NCBI GenBank assembly: GCA_044070495.1
Contig: JBIPSI010000060.1
Span: 1-13,545, forward strand
Reading direction: 5' to 3'
Source of the DNA: Spirulina sp.
GTDB taxonomy: Bacteria > Cyanobacteriota > Cyanobacteriia > Phormidesmidales > Phormidesmidaceae
DNA length: 13,545 bases
The notes beneath the pieces were generated by a model that saw nothing but the letters and a program-made list of their open reading frames with translations, did no database searches and was not told the DNA's origin. This document shows, piece after piece, positions 1 through 6,514 of the stretch (its first letter is position 1; every line of letters starts with the position of its first letter). The translations under genes and the position numbers were made by a program.

Positions 1-66
1 CCGCGAACGCCGCTTAGCCAGCGTCGTCGGGCTAACGCGTTCGTCGGCTCCAACGAAGAGTTGGTG
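1..66 (-). mobile_element. attC: Integron attC site, partial (R'' box, L'' box and central hairpin; the L'/R' end lies beyond the window's left edge)
   Basis: The minus strand reads CACCAAC (R''-like, ends AAC) TCTTCG TTGGAGCCGAC GAACGCG TTAGCC cgacgacgct GGCTAA GCG GCGTTCG CGG. This is an imperfect hairpin (CCG-a-CGAACGC/GCGTTCG-CGG; TTAGCC/GGCTAA) with bulged bases. It points away from the adjacent intI remnant, as expected for a cassette array. Confidence 0.8.
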
Positions 67-128
67 TGCCTGGTAAGTGGACTTAGTGTTCCCAACCAGT
101 AACATTTCTACCAGGCAGAACAACTCTT
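56..128 (-). mobile_element. First integron cassette body, with no gene: 20-bp inverted arms (56-75 and 109-128, 2 mismatches) around 33 nt of unique sequence
   Basis: AAGAGTTGGTGTGCCTGGTA (56-75) matches the reverse complement of 109-128, AAGAGTTGTTCTGCCTGGTA. One arm contains the putative attI crossover G|TT and the other the attC R'' AAC. This is the R'/R'' complementarity expected at the two ends of one integrated cassette. Confidence 0.65.
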
Positions 129-153
129 TATTAGAGGGAAACTTTCCGCCTAA
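118..153 (-). mobile_element. attI: Putative attI recombination site (core G|TTGTTC at 124-118, L-box-like CTCTAAT 5 nt upstream)
   Basis: The minus strand reads TTAGGCGGAAAGTTTCC-CTCTAAT-AAAGA-GTTGTTC, a simple-site arrangement (inverse box, 5-nt spacer, GTT core). It lies between the intI start (341) and the first attC. Confidence 0.6.
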
Positions 154-296
154 TACCCCCATACGGGATCTTAGGTGGAAATCTGTCTACCTAAATACCC
201 CTACAGGGATCTTAGGTGGAAAAATTTCAGCCTAAATGCCGAATATGGGATCTTAGGTGGAAAGTTTCAGTATAAATACCCGATGCCCTGGGAGCC
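131..296. repeat. Four tandem 40-41 bp imperfect repeats, each internally palindromic (TTAGGTGGAAA..TTTCxGCCTAA), in the attI/intI promoter region
   Basis: Units start at 131, 171, 212 and 253: TTAGAGGGAAACTTTCCGCCTAATACCCCCATACGGGATC / TTAGGTGGAAATCTGTCTACCTAAATACCCCTACAGGGATC / TTAGGTGGAAAAATTTCAGCCTAAATGCCGAATATGGGATC / TTAGGTGGAAAGTTTCAGTATAAATACCCGATGCCCTGGGAGCC. GGGATCTTAGGTGGAAA occurs exactly three times. Confidence 0.92.
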
Positions 297-340
297 TTGT
301 AACTTAAGATTTCCTTAGAAGTAGTACAGGCTTATTGCCT

Positions 341-674
341 ATGGACGCATCGACTCCTCCACCTAAACGACTGCTTGACCAAGTGCGGGATGCTATTCGG
401 CTAAAGCACTACTCTTCCCGCACAGAGCAAACCTACGTGCAATGAATCCGTCGGTACATCTTGTTTCACAACAAGCGCCACCCGAATCAAATGTGGGTGC
501 CGGAGATAGGGCGTTTCTGACCCATCTGGCGGTGCAGGAGCATGTCGCGGCCTCTACGCAGAACCAGGCGTTAAGCGCGTTGTTATTTTTGTATCGAGAA
601 GTTCTGTTTCTATGATGATTTATACCCATGTGCTGAACCGGGGTGGGCGGGGGGTAAGGAGTCCGTTGGATTAG
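341..674 (+). pseudogene. intI: Integron integrase (tyrosine recombinase) pseudogene
   Basis: Manual translation from ATG 341 gives [55 protein letters not shown] (TGA at 443-445 where IntI has Trp). After a -1 frameshift at ~509-510 it continues [32 protein letters not shown] (511-606), then goes directly to MIYTHVLNRGGRGVRSPLD* (615-674). These are the characteristic IntI N-terminal domain and C-terminal catalytic-Tyr motifs; the central catalytic domain is deleted. Confidence 0.95.
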
Positions 675-746
675 GGTGGAATAATCCTAAAATTGGCTCG
701 CTAACGGCTTCCTTGGCGGCATAGAGAACCCCTAGGCAAAAAACAC

Positions 747-776
747 AAAAAAATCGGGTGAGCATGGCCCACCCGA
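747..776 (-). terminator. Probable rho-independent terminator of ilvC
   Basis: Stem TCGGGTGAGC-ATG-GCCCACCCGA (754-776, one mismatch) is followed on the minus strand by a T7 run (747-753), 40 nt downstream of the ilvC stop. Confidence 0.7.
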
Positions 777-815
777 CAATAATCAAGGACAAGAAATAGA
801 GCCCAAAGGCTAATC

Positions 816-1811
816 CTAGACCTTCTTCAGCCAGCTAAACATGGCCCGCAGATCCTTACCTACTTCTTCGATGGGGTGCTCGGCTTCGCGGCGGCGCATG
901 GCGGTAAAGCCAGCGTTGCCGGACTGGTTTTCTAGCACAAATTCACGGGCAAACTGTCCGGTTTGGATTTCCTTCAGCACCTTGCGCATTTCGGCGCGGG
1001 TTTCGTCGGTGATGATGCGGGGGCCACGGGTGTAGTCGCCGTACTCAGCGGTGTTGGAGATGCTGTCGCGCATTTTGGCGAGGCCACCTTCCACCACCAA
1101 GTCCACAATCAGCTTCACTTCGTGGAGACACTCGAAGTAGGCCAGTTCGGGCTGGTAGCCCGCGTTCACCAGGGTCTCGAAGCCAGACTTGATCAGTTCG
1201 CTGAGGCCGCCGCACAGTACCACTTGCTCACCGAACAGGTCGGTTTCGGTTTCTTCCCGGAAGGTGGTTTCTAGGATGCCAGCGCGGGTGCCGCCGATGC
1301 CCTTGGCGTAGGCCATGGCGCGGTCACGGGCTTGTCCGGTGGCATCTTGGTGGACGGCGAACAGACAGGGCACACCTTGGCCCTCTTGGTAGGTGCGGCG
1401 CACTAGGTGGCCGGGGCCTTTGGGGGCCACCATCACCACATCCACATCGGCGGGGGGCACAATTTGGCCAAAGTTGATGTTGAAGCCGTGGGCAAACAGC
1501 AGCACATTACCCGCTTCCAGGTTGGGGGCGATGGCGTCTTTGTAGATGGTCTTTTGCACTTCGTCGGGCAGCAGAATCATCACCCAGTCGGCCAGCTTGG
1601 CGGCTTCGGCCACGGGCTTCACGGTCAGCCCCTCGGCTTCGGCCTTGGCGGTAGATTTGCTGCCTTCGTATAGACCCACAATGACGTTGACGCCGCTGTC
1701 TTTGAGGTTGAGGGCGTGGGCGTGGCCCTGGGAACCATAGCCGATGATGGCCACGGTTTTGCCGTTGAGTAGGTCTAGGTTGGCGTCACTGTCGTAATAC
1801 ATGCGGGCCAT
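816..1811 (-). CDS. ilvC: Ketol-acid reductoisomerase (NADP+), class I
   Basis: 331 aa. Motifs [88 protein letters not shown] upstream. Confidence 0.99.
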   Translation of the reverse strand: MARMYYDSDANLDLLNGKTVAIIGYGSQGHAHALNLKDSGVNVIVGLYEGSKSTAKAEAEGLTVKPVAEAAKLADWVMILLPDEVQKTIYKDAIAPNLEAGNVLLFAHGFNINFGQIVPPADVDVVMVAPKGPGHLVRRTYQEGQGVPCLFAVHQDATGQARDRAMAYAKGIGGTRAGILETTFREETETDLFGEQVVLCGGLSELIKSGFETLVNAGYQPELAYFECLHEVKLIVDLVVEGGLAKMRDSISNTAEYGDYTRGPRIITDETRAEMRKVLKEIQTGQFAREFVLENQSGNAGFTAMRRREAEHPIEEVGKDLRAMFSWLKKV

Positions 1812-1864
1812 GGATTGAGTCTCCTTGTTGTCTGAGGCTGGTGCATTGAGATTGCCAGTCTATG

Positions 1865-1873
1865 ATCTTACCA
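1865..1873 (-). promoter_or_regulatory. Candidate extended -10 element (TGnTAAGAT) for ilvC
   Basis: Minus strand TGGTAAGAT about 54 nt upstream of the ilvC ATG. Motif match only. Confidence 0.4.
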
Positions 1874-1979
1874 AAAGGGGGGTGGCCAAAACGAGGGCAG
1901 TCAAAACGAGGCGGCGCGAATCTGAAGGGCGACGTTTCGCGACCTTGGCCCGCACGACAGAGAACTTCCTTTGCAGCTT

Positions 1980-1997
1980 TATAACTATTTAGTTATA
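1980..1997. promoter_or_regulatory. Perfect 8-2-8 palindrome, probable transcription-factor operator
   Basis: TATAACTA-TT-TAGTTATA sits in a sharp AT-rich patch of the divergent ilvC / NifX-like intergenic region and overlaps -10-like hexamers (TATAAC, TATATT). Confidence 0.6.
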
Positions 1998-2169
1998 TTA
2001 GATATGCTCCGCCCATCTCAACGTTTGGCGGGAGGCACCACGGTCGATGGCCGTTTTCGACCCTGGATTGAGTTTTCCTCAACGGTCAAGGCTGGCTCTG
2101 TGGGTGGCCCATCGCCTCAGCCCTGGGTTTCACAGGCTCTCCAACGATTCTCCTATCTCCAGTGTTGCC

Positions 2170-2604
2170 ATGAAAATTGCAGTTTCCAGTCAAGATAAAG
2201 CCCATGTCACCGGGCATTTGGGTCGTTGTCAGCGCTTTTGGGTCTACGACCTAGAGGGTGACGATATTCAAGGCAAAGAGCTATTCCAGCTCACGAAGGA
2301 TCAAAGTTTCCACGAGAGTTCTCCCCAGGCGGCCCATCCCCTGGATGGGGTGCAGGTGTTGATTAGCGGCGGCATGGGGCGCGGATTGGCCCGTCGGCTA
2401 GAATCCAGGGGCATTTTGCCTGTGATTACCCCCGAAACCGATCCCGATGTGGCCATTGCCGCCTATACCGCTGGCACCTTGGCCATCACCGCCCTAGAAG
2501 ACCATGTCCATCACCATGACCACGATCACGACCACGGGCACCAGCATGGGCACCAGCACGACCACGGCGAAGGCGAAGGCTGCGGCTGTTCCTCGGCCTC
2601 CTAA
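2170..2604 (+). CDS. NifB/NifX-family (dinitrogenase FeMo-cofactor biosynthesis domain) protein with a His-rich and Cys-containing C-terminal tail
   Basis: MKIAVSSQD..VTGHLGRCQRFWVYD and VLISGGMGRGLARRLESRGI match the HFG-x-C/A..F and 'GGMG..L...GI' family pattern. Tail HVHHHDHDHDHGHQHGHQHDHGEGEGCGC. Start moved to ATG 2170 (domain start) from the track's 2047. Confidence 0.85.
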   Translation: MKIAVSSQDKAHVTGHLGRCQRFWVYDLEGDDIQGKELFQLTKDQSFHESSPQAAHPLDGVQVLISGGMGRGLARRLESRGILPVITPETDPDVAIAAYTAGTLAITALEDHVHHHDHDHDHGHQHGHQHDHGEGEGCGCSSAS

Positions 2605-2626
2605 CTCCAGATAAAACTCCAGATAA
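2603..2626 (+). repeat. 12-bp tandem duplication AACTCCAGATAA x2 at the stop codon
   Basis: Read directly from the sequence. Confidence 0.8.
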
Positions 2627-2759
2627 ATTGTTCTGATTCAGAGCCTCCGTAGACCGATTCCCTGCCGTTGGTTAGGCTGGGAATCGGGGAGGTTTAATGC
2701 GGATTTGGCATGAATCAGCAAGGCTTGCGGGTCAACTTAATAAGGACGAACGAAAAGCT

Positions 2760-3293
2760 ATGACTAGAATCATCCGCTGCGTGAAGGCTGGGGTATATCA
2801 GGGATTGCTGCTGCTGTTGGTAGCTCTGCTGGGCTGGGCGGGGGGGATGTCGTCGGCCTGGGCCACGGTGCGAACCCTGGAAGAATCCCCTGGGCAGGTG
2901 GTGGTGCAGTCGCGCCAAAGTCTTCAGGATCAGCATGGACGCGGTTGGCAGGTGATTGCCTTCAAACGCCAGCGGCCCGATGATACGGCCACCTTTGCGG
3001 TGCGGCTGGTGGGTTTTCCGGGGTCGGTTACGATAGATCGCGCCTTGCCCCTCACCCTCACCAATTCCTTGGGCAAAACCGTCACCGCCGCCGATGCGTC
3101 GGGTAAGATTTTTACCGATGCCGAACGCCCCGAACCCCATGTGGGTCAGTACGATTTGCAGCCCATTTTGGCTGAGCTTCAGGCGGAAATTCCTTTACAA
3201 ATCACCCTGCCCACGGTGGACGACGAAGCGGTACGGTTAATGGTGCCTGCGGCCCTAGTGAAGGAATGGCAGTCTGTGGCAAATGCTGGATAG
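2760..3293 (+). CDS. DUF3122-like cyanobacterial exported protein (signal peptide); alternative start at 2697
   Basis: Hydrophobic stretch LLLLLVALLGWAGG and AWA cleavage motif, then RTLEESPGQVVVQSRQSLQDQHGRGWQVIAFKR, VRLVGFPG and HVGQYDL, which I recognise as DUF3122. A GGAGG precedes ATG 2697, so the start is uncertain. Confidence 0.8.
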   Translation: MTRIIRCVKAGVYQGLLLLLVALLGWAGGMSSAWATVRTLEESPGQVVVQSRQSLQDQHGRGWQVIAFKRQRPDDTATFAVRLVGFPGSVTIDRALPLTLTNSLGKTVTAADASGKIFTDAERPEPHVGQYDLQPILAELQAEIPLQITLPTVDDEAVRLMVPAALVKEWQSVANAG

Positions 3294-3360
3294 GGATCGA
3301 TGCCCGATCCGCCCCTGCCAAGTCCGAATTGGACAACCCCGATCCCCAGCCCAGCAAACG

Positions 3361-3383
3361 GTAGGGGCGAGGTCTCCTCGCCC
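3361..3383 (+). repeat. GTAG-type REP-like hairpin
   Basis: GTAG-GGGCGAGG-TCT-CCTCGCCC: a perfect 8-bp stem preceded by GTAG, intergenic. Confidence 0.65.
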
Positions 3384-3450
3384 GCTGATACCGGGGGTAA
3401 ACGAGCCGGATCTAAGTGTCACACCCGATCAGCCGATACCGGATTAGCCC

Positions 3451-6348
3451 ATGCCCAACCAACGGCCCATTGCGGATAGCGTGCCGACGCAAGATCAGCC
3501 CACCCCATCAGGGCCAATGCCGCCGGAGGTAGCCGAACCCCTTGGTATAGGGATTACCGGACGACCCCAGCTAGAGGTCGCCACGATAGAAACCCAGAGC
3601 AACTGGCTGCGGTTCCATCGGCTGTGGGGCCAGTTGCCAGAGGCCGCCATCCAAGACCTCGCCCAATCCCTACATTTACTGAGGGCTGAGGCGGGGGATG
3701 TTCTGTTTCAGCCCCAAACCCAATCCCTAGGGCTATACCTACTGAAGTGGGGAGCGGTGGCCATCTATCGGCCCTCGGCCCTGGGGCCATTGCTGATTCG
3801 CCAGCGCAGTGCCGGGGATTTGTTTGGCTATGTGTCGCTGATGGGAAGCGCCGATCACGATGCTAACCAGGGCATTCACCAAACCCAGGCGGTGGCCCTC
3901 AGCGCCAGCGAGGTTTGGTTTGTGCCCCAGGGGGTGTTTCACCAGATCATGCAGCGCCATCCCCAGTTCGAGCAATTACTGAACAGCTTGCTGGTGCAGG
4001 ATCTCAATGCCTTTAGCGCCCGCATTGCCCAGGAAGAACAGCGCATTCAGGGGTTACGAGACTACCTTCAGCCCATACCTCAGCAGCAGGCCGTTTGGGG
4101 TCAGAGCAAAGTGGCCACCAAGCTGAAAACCCAGGTCGATCAAGCCGCCGCCAGCCTTCAGCCCGTGGTTCTCCAGGGGGCCGCAGGCACGGGCAAAACC
4201 TTCTTGGCGGGAACCATCCATCGACAATCGAGCTTGGCCGATCAACCCTTTGCCGAGGTGGACTGTGCCCAGTTGCCCCGCTTGGCCGATGGACGGATAG
4301 ATACCGATGCCCTCTTTGGCCGGGGCGAGCGACCTGGATTGTTGGAACTGCTGGAACGGGGCACGCTGTTGATTAGTCAGGCTCAGCGGTTGGGGGTCGA
4401 GGATCGGGAGCGCCTGTTGCACTACAGCCGGACGGGACGTTTGTTTAGGAATCCTCAGATTGATGGGGCTTCAGGTCAGGCCAGTCCAACGCAATTTAAT
4501 CCATCTCAATCAATTTCAACACAATTCAACCCAACCCAACCCAGTCCAACGCAATCTAATCCAACGCAGTCAAATTCACCTCAGTTCAACCCAGCCCAAC
4601 CCAATCCAACACAGTCAAAAGCTCAATCGAACCCAGCCCAGCCAACCGTCACCACCGCCAGCCCTGCACAGACCTGGGTGCGACTGATGTTTGCCACCCC
4701 CGAAGCCCTGGCTTGGCCTGCGGAAACGGTGATCATCAAGCTGCCCAACCTCACCCAGCGCAAGGCCGATATTCCTGCCTTTGCCGATCACTTTTTGGCC
4801 CAGTGGTGTCAGTCCCAGAACCGTCCTACCCTCACCCTCGATCAGGCGGATCGGCGGCGATTGTTGAGCTACGACTACCCCGGCAACCTCACTGAACTAT
4901 CGGAAATTCTCTACCGGGCGGTGATTATGACGCCCCTGGGCCAAACGGCCATCCCAGAGCAAGCCCTGTGGTCGGTGCAATCGGCCAAAAATGCCTTTCG
5001 CATTGACCTACTCACCCAAGTTCCCTGGCTGCGGCGGGCCTTGCTTAGTCGGTGGTACCCAGAGGGGCTGTGGGTGGCCATGATGGCGGTGTTTGTTCCG
5101 GTGACGCTGGCGGGGTTTCTTGGCCCCCAGGGGCGGGGCGACAGTGTAACCCTGAACCTGTTTTGGGCCTGGTGGTGGCCGGGATATCTTCTACTCTTTG
5201 TCTTTGTGGGGCGGCTGTGGTGCGCCGTGTGTCCGTTTATGATTACGGCGGAGGGGCTGCGGCGGCTATCGCTGTGGCTGTGGCCCCGGCAGCAATGGGC
5301 TTGGCCCACCCGCTGGCTAAATCGCTGGGGGGCATGGCTGCTATTTCTGGGTTTTGGGGTGATCTACCTCTGGGAAAAACTCTGGGATTTGCCCCACCAT
5401 GCGGCCCTATCGACCTGGTTGCTGCTGGCAATTACGGCGGGGGCGGTGATTTTTAGCCTGATCTACGAACGGCGGCTGTGGTGTCGTTACCTGTGCCCCA
5501 TCGGCGGCATGAACGGCCTGTTTGCCAAGTTGGCCATGGTAGAACTGCGGTCTACCCAGCAGGTGTGCGGTAGCCAGTGCAGCACCTTTGGCTGCTACAA
5601 GGGCAGTGGGGCCACCCCCGTCACCTTTGCCGATGCCCTGCCGCAGGAAGGCCAAGCCACCGAGGGCTGTCCGCTCTATTCCCATCCGGCCCAGTTGCCC
5701 AACAACCGCGACTGCGTGCTGTGTATGACCTGCCTCAAAGCCTGTCCCAATCGTTCCGTACAGTTGAATCTACGGTTCCCCAGTTCCGATATTTTAGACA
5801 ACCACCAGGGCACCGGAGCCGAAGCCGCCCTGCTCCTGATGCTGTTGGGGGGCGTGTTTATGCACCACGGCCATCAAATTTTGGCGGATTTGGGCCTGCC
5901 CCCCTGGCCCCTAGATGCCGATCACCTGATCACCAGTGCGCCCCTGGCCTTGGCCTTGCTCGGTCTTCCCGCCCTGGCCCTAGCCCTCGTCCATGGGGTA
6001 TCCCGGTGGATCGATCCCCACCAGCCCGACTATGTCACCGTCGCCTATGCCTACCTGCCCTTCACCCTGGCCCTCAATTTGGCCCACTACATCCCTGCCG
6101 CCACCACCGAAGCAGGGCAAATTCTAGTTGTTATCGCCCGTAGTTTGGGCTATCCCAACCTGCCCCTGCCCATCCTCACCTGGAGTCCCGATGTCGCTGC
6201 CTTTCTCCAGGGGGTGACGATTCTCTCCGCCCTGATCTTCAGCATCTATCCCCTGCGGCGTATTACCCAGCGACCTTGGGGGTCAAACCTGCCCCATATT
6301 GGGTTGATGATTAGCCTCACCCTGGCAGGCTTCTGGCTGATGGTTTAG
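3451..6348 (+). CDS. Fusion protein: cyclic-nucleotide-binding domain + degenerate sigma54-activator-type AAA+ domain + polytopic membrane 4Fe-4S-binding (NapH/FixG/YccM-like) domain
   Basis: cNMP domain: GLYLLKWGAV...AGDLFGYVSL...AVALS. AAA+ domain: VVLQGAAGTGKT, PFAEVDCAQL, LPNLTQRKADIP, YDYPGNLTEL. Fe-S/membrane part: GRLWCAVCPF, RRLWCRYLCPIG, CxxxCxxxxCYKG, DCVLCMTCLKACP, plus many hydrophobic helices. Confidence 0.9.
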   Translation: MPNQRPIADSVPTQDQPTPSGPMPPEVAEPLGIGITGRPQLEVATIETQSNWLRFHRLWGQLPEAAIQDLAQSLHLLRAEAGDVLFQPQTQSLGLYLLKWGAVAIYRPSALGPLLIRQRSAGDLFGYVSLMGSADHDANQGIHQTQAVALSASEVWFVPQGVFHQIMQRHPQFEQLLNSLLVQDLNAFSARIAQEEQRIQGLRDYLQPIPQQQAVWGQSKVATKLKTQVDQAAASLQPVVLQGAAGTGKTFLAGTIHRQSSLADQPFAEVDCAQLPRLADGRIDTDALFGRGERPGLLELLERGTLLISQAQRLGVEDRERLLHYSRTGRLFRNPQIDGASGQASPTQFNPSQSISTQFNPTQPSPTQSNPTQSNSPQFNPAQPNPTQSKAQSNPAQPTVTTASPAQTWVRLMFATPEALAWPAETVIIKLPNLTQRKADIPAFADHFLAQWCQSQNRPTLTLDQADRRRLLSYDYPGNLTELSEILYRAVIMTPLGQTAIPEQALWSVQSAKNAFRIDLLTQVPWLRRALLSRWYPEGLWVAMMAVFVPVTLAGFLGPQGRGDSVTLNLFWAWWWPGYLLLFVFVGRLWCAVCPFMITAEGLRRLSLWLWPRQQWAWPTRWLNRWGAWLLFLGFGVIYLWEKLWDLPHHAALSTWLLLAITAGAVIFSLIYERRLWCRYLCPIGGMNGLFAKLAMVELRSTQQVCGSQCSTFGCYKGSGATPVTFADALPQEGQATEGCPLYSHPAQLPNNRDCVLCMTCLKACPNRSVQLNLRFPSSDILDNHQGTGAEAALLLMLLGGVFMHHGHQILADLGLPPWPLDADHLITSAPLALALLGLPALALALVHGVSRWIDPHQPDYVTVAYAYLPFTLALNLAHYIPAATTEAGQILVVIARSLGYPNLPLPILTWSPDVAAFLQGVTILSALIFSIYPLRRITQRPWGSNLPHIGLMISLTLAGFWLMV
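4483..4644 (+). repeat. In-frame degenerate 15-bp tandem repeat (~11 units, NPTQ[S/F/P]) inside the AAA+ domain
   Basis: SPTQF NPSQS ISTQF NPTQP SPTQS NPTQS NSPQF NPAQP NPTQS K-AQS NPAQP. The DNA is A/C-rich and G-poor, unlike the flanking coding sequence. Confidence 0.9.
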
Positions 6349-6514
6349 GGCAGATCGCCTAATTAAGCGGGTCGCCTAGCCGCAAGATCGCTTCGTTAGC
6401 CACAAAATCCTGTCGTCAAAGGTTCCTGTCGTCAGAGGATGCTGTGGATTCTGGAGTCAGTCAGGTCGCCTAACCGAAAGCCTTTCCATCACAACATTTT
6501 CCCCTGGTGTACCC

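Noticed and set aside
131..296. CRISPR array interpretation of the 41-bp repeats
   Set aside because: The units are directly adjacent and similar along their whole length. Variable stretches are under about 10 nt, there are no unique spacers and no cas genes are in view. The position between intI and attI explains them better.
311..340. LexA (SOS) box upstream of intI around AGTAGTACAGG
   Set aside because: Only one GTAC half-site is present. There is no correctly spaced second half-site for the cyanobacterial RGTAC-N3-DGTWC pattern.
393..792. Minus-strand ORFs 393-629 and 610-792 from the track
   Set aside because: They are antisense shadows of the intI pseudogene and the ilvC terminator region, with no recognisable motifs.
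1887..1911. Direct repeat CAAAACGAGG x2 upstream of ilvC
   Set aside because: Two copies of 10 bp with no known motif match; plausibly a local duplication.
2047..2169. N-terminal extension of the NifX-like ORF, and overlapping ORF 1971-2198
   Set aside because: The domain begins at MKIAV (2170). The upstream part has no family similarity and is more likely 5' UTR.
2170..2604. Evidence for a nitrogen-fixation (nif) cluster
   Set aside because: A lone NifB/NifX-fold protein occurs in many non-diazotrophs, and no nifHDK/ENB genes are in the window.
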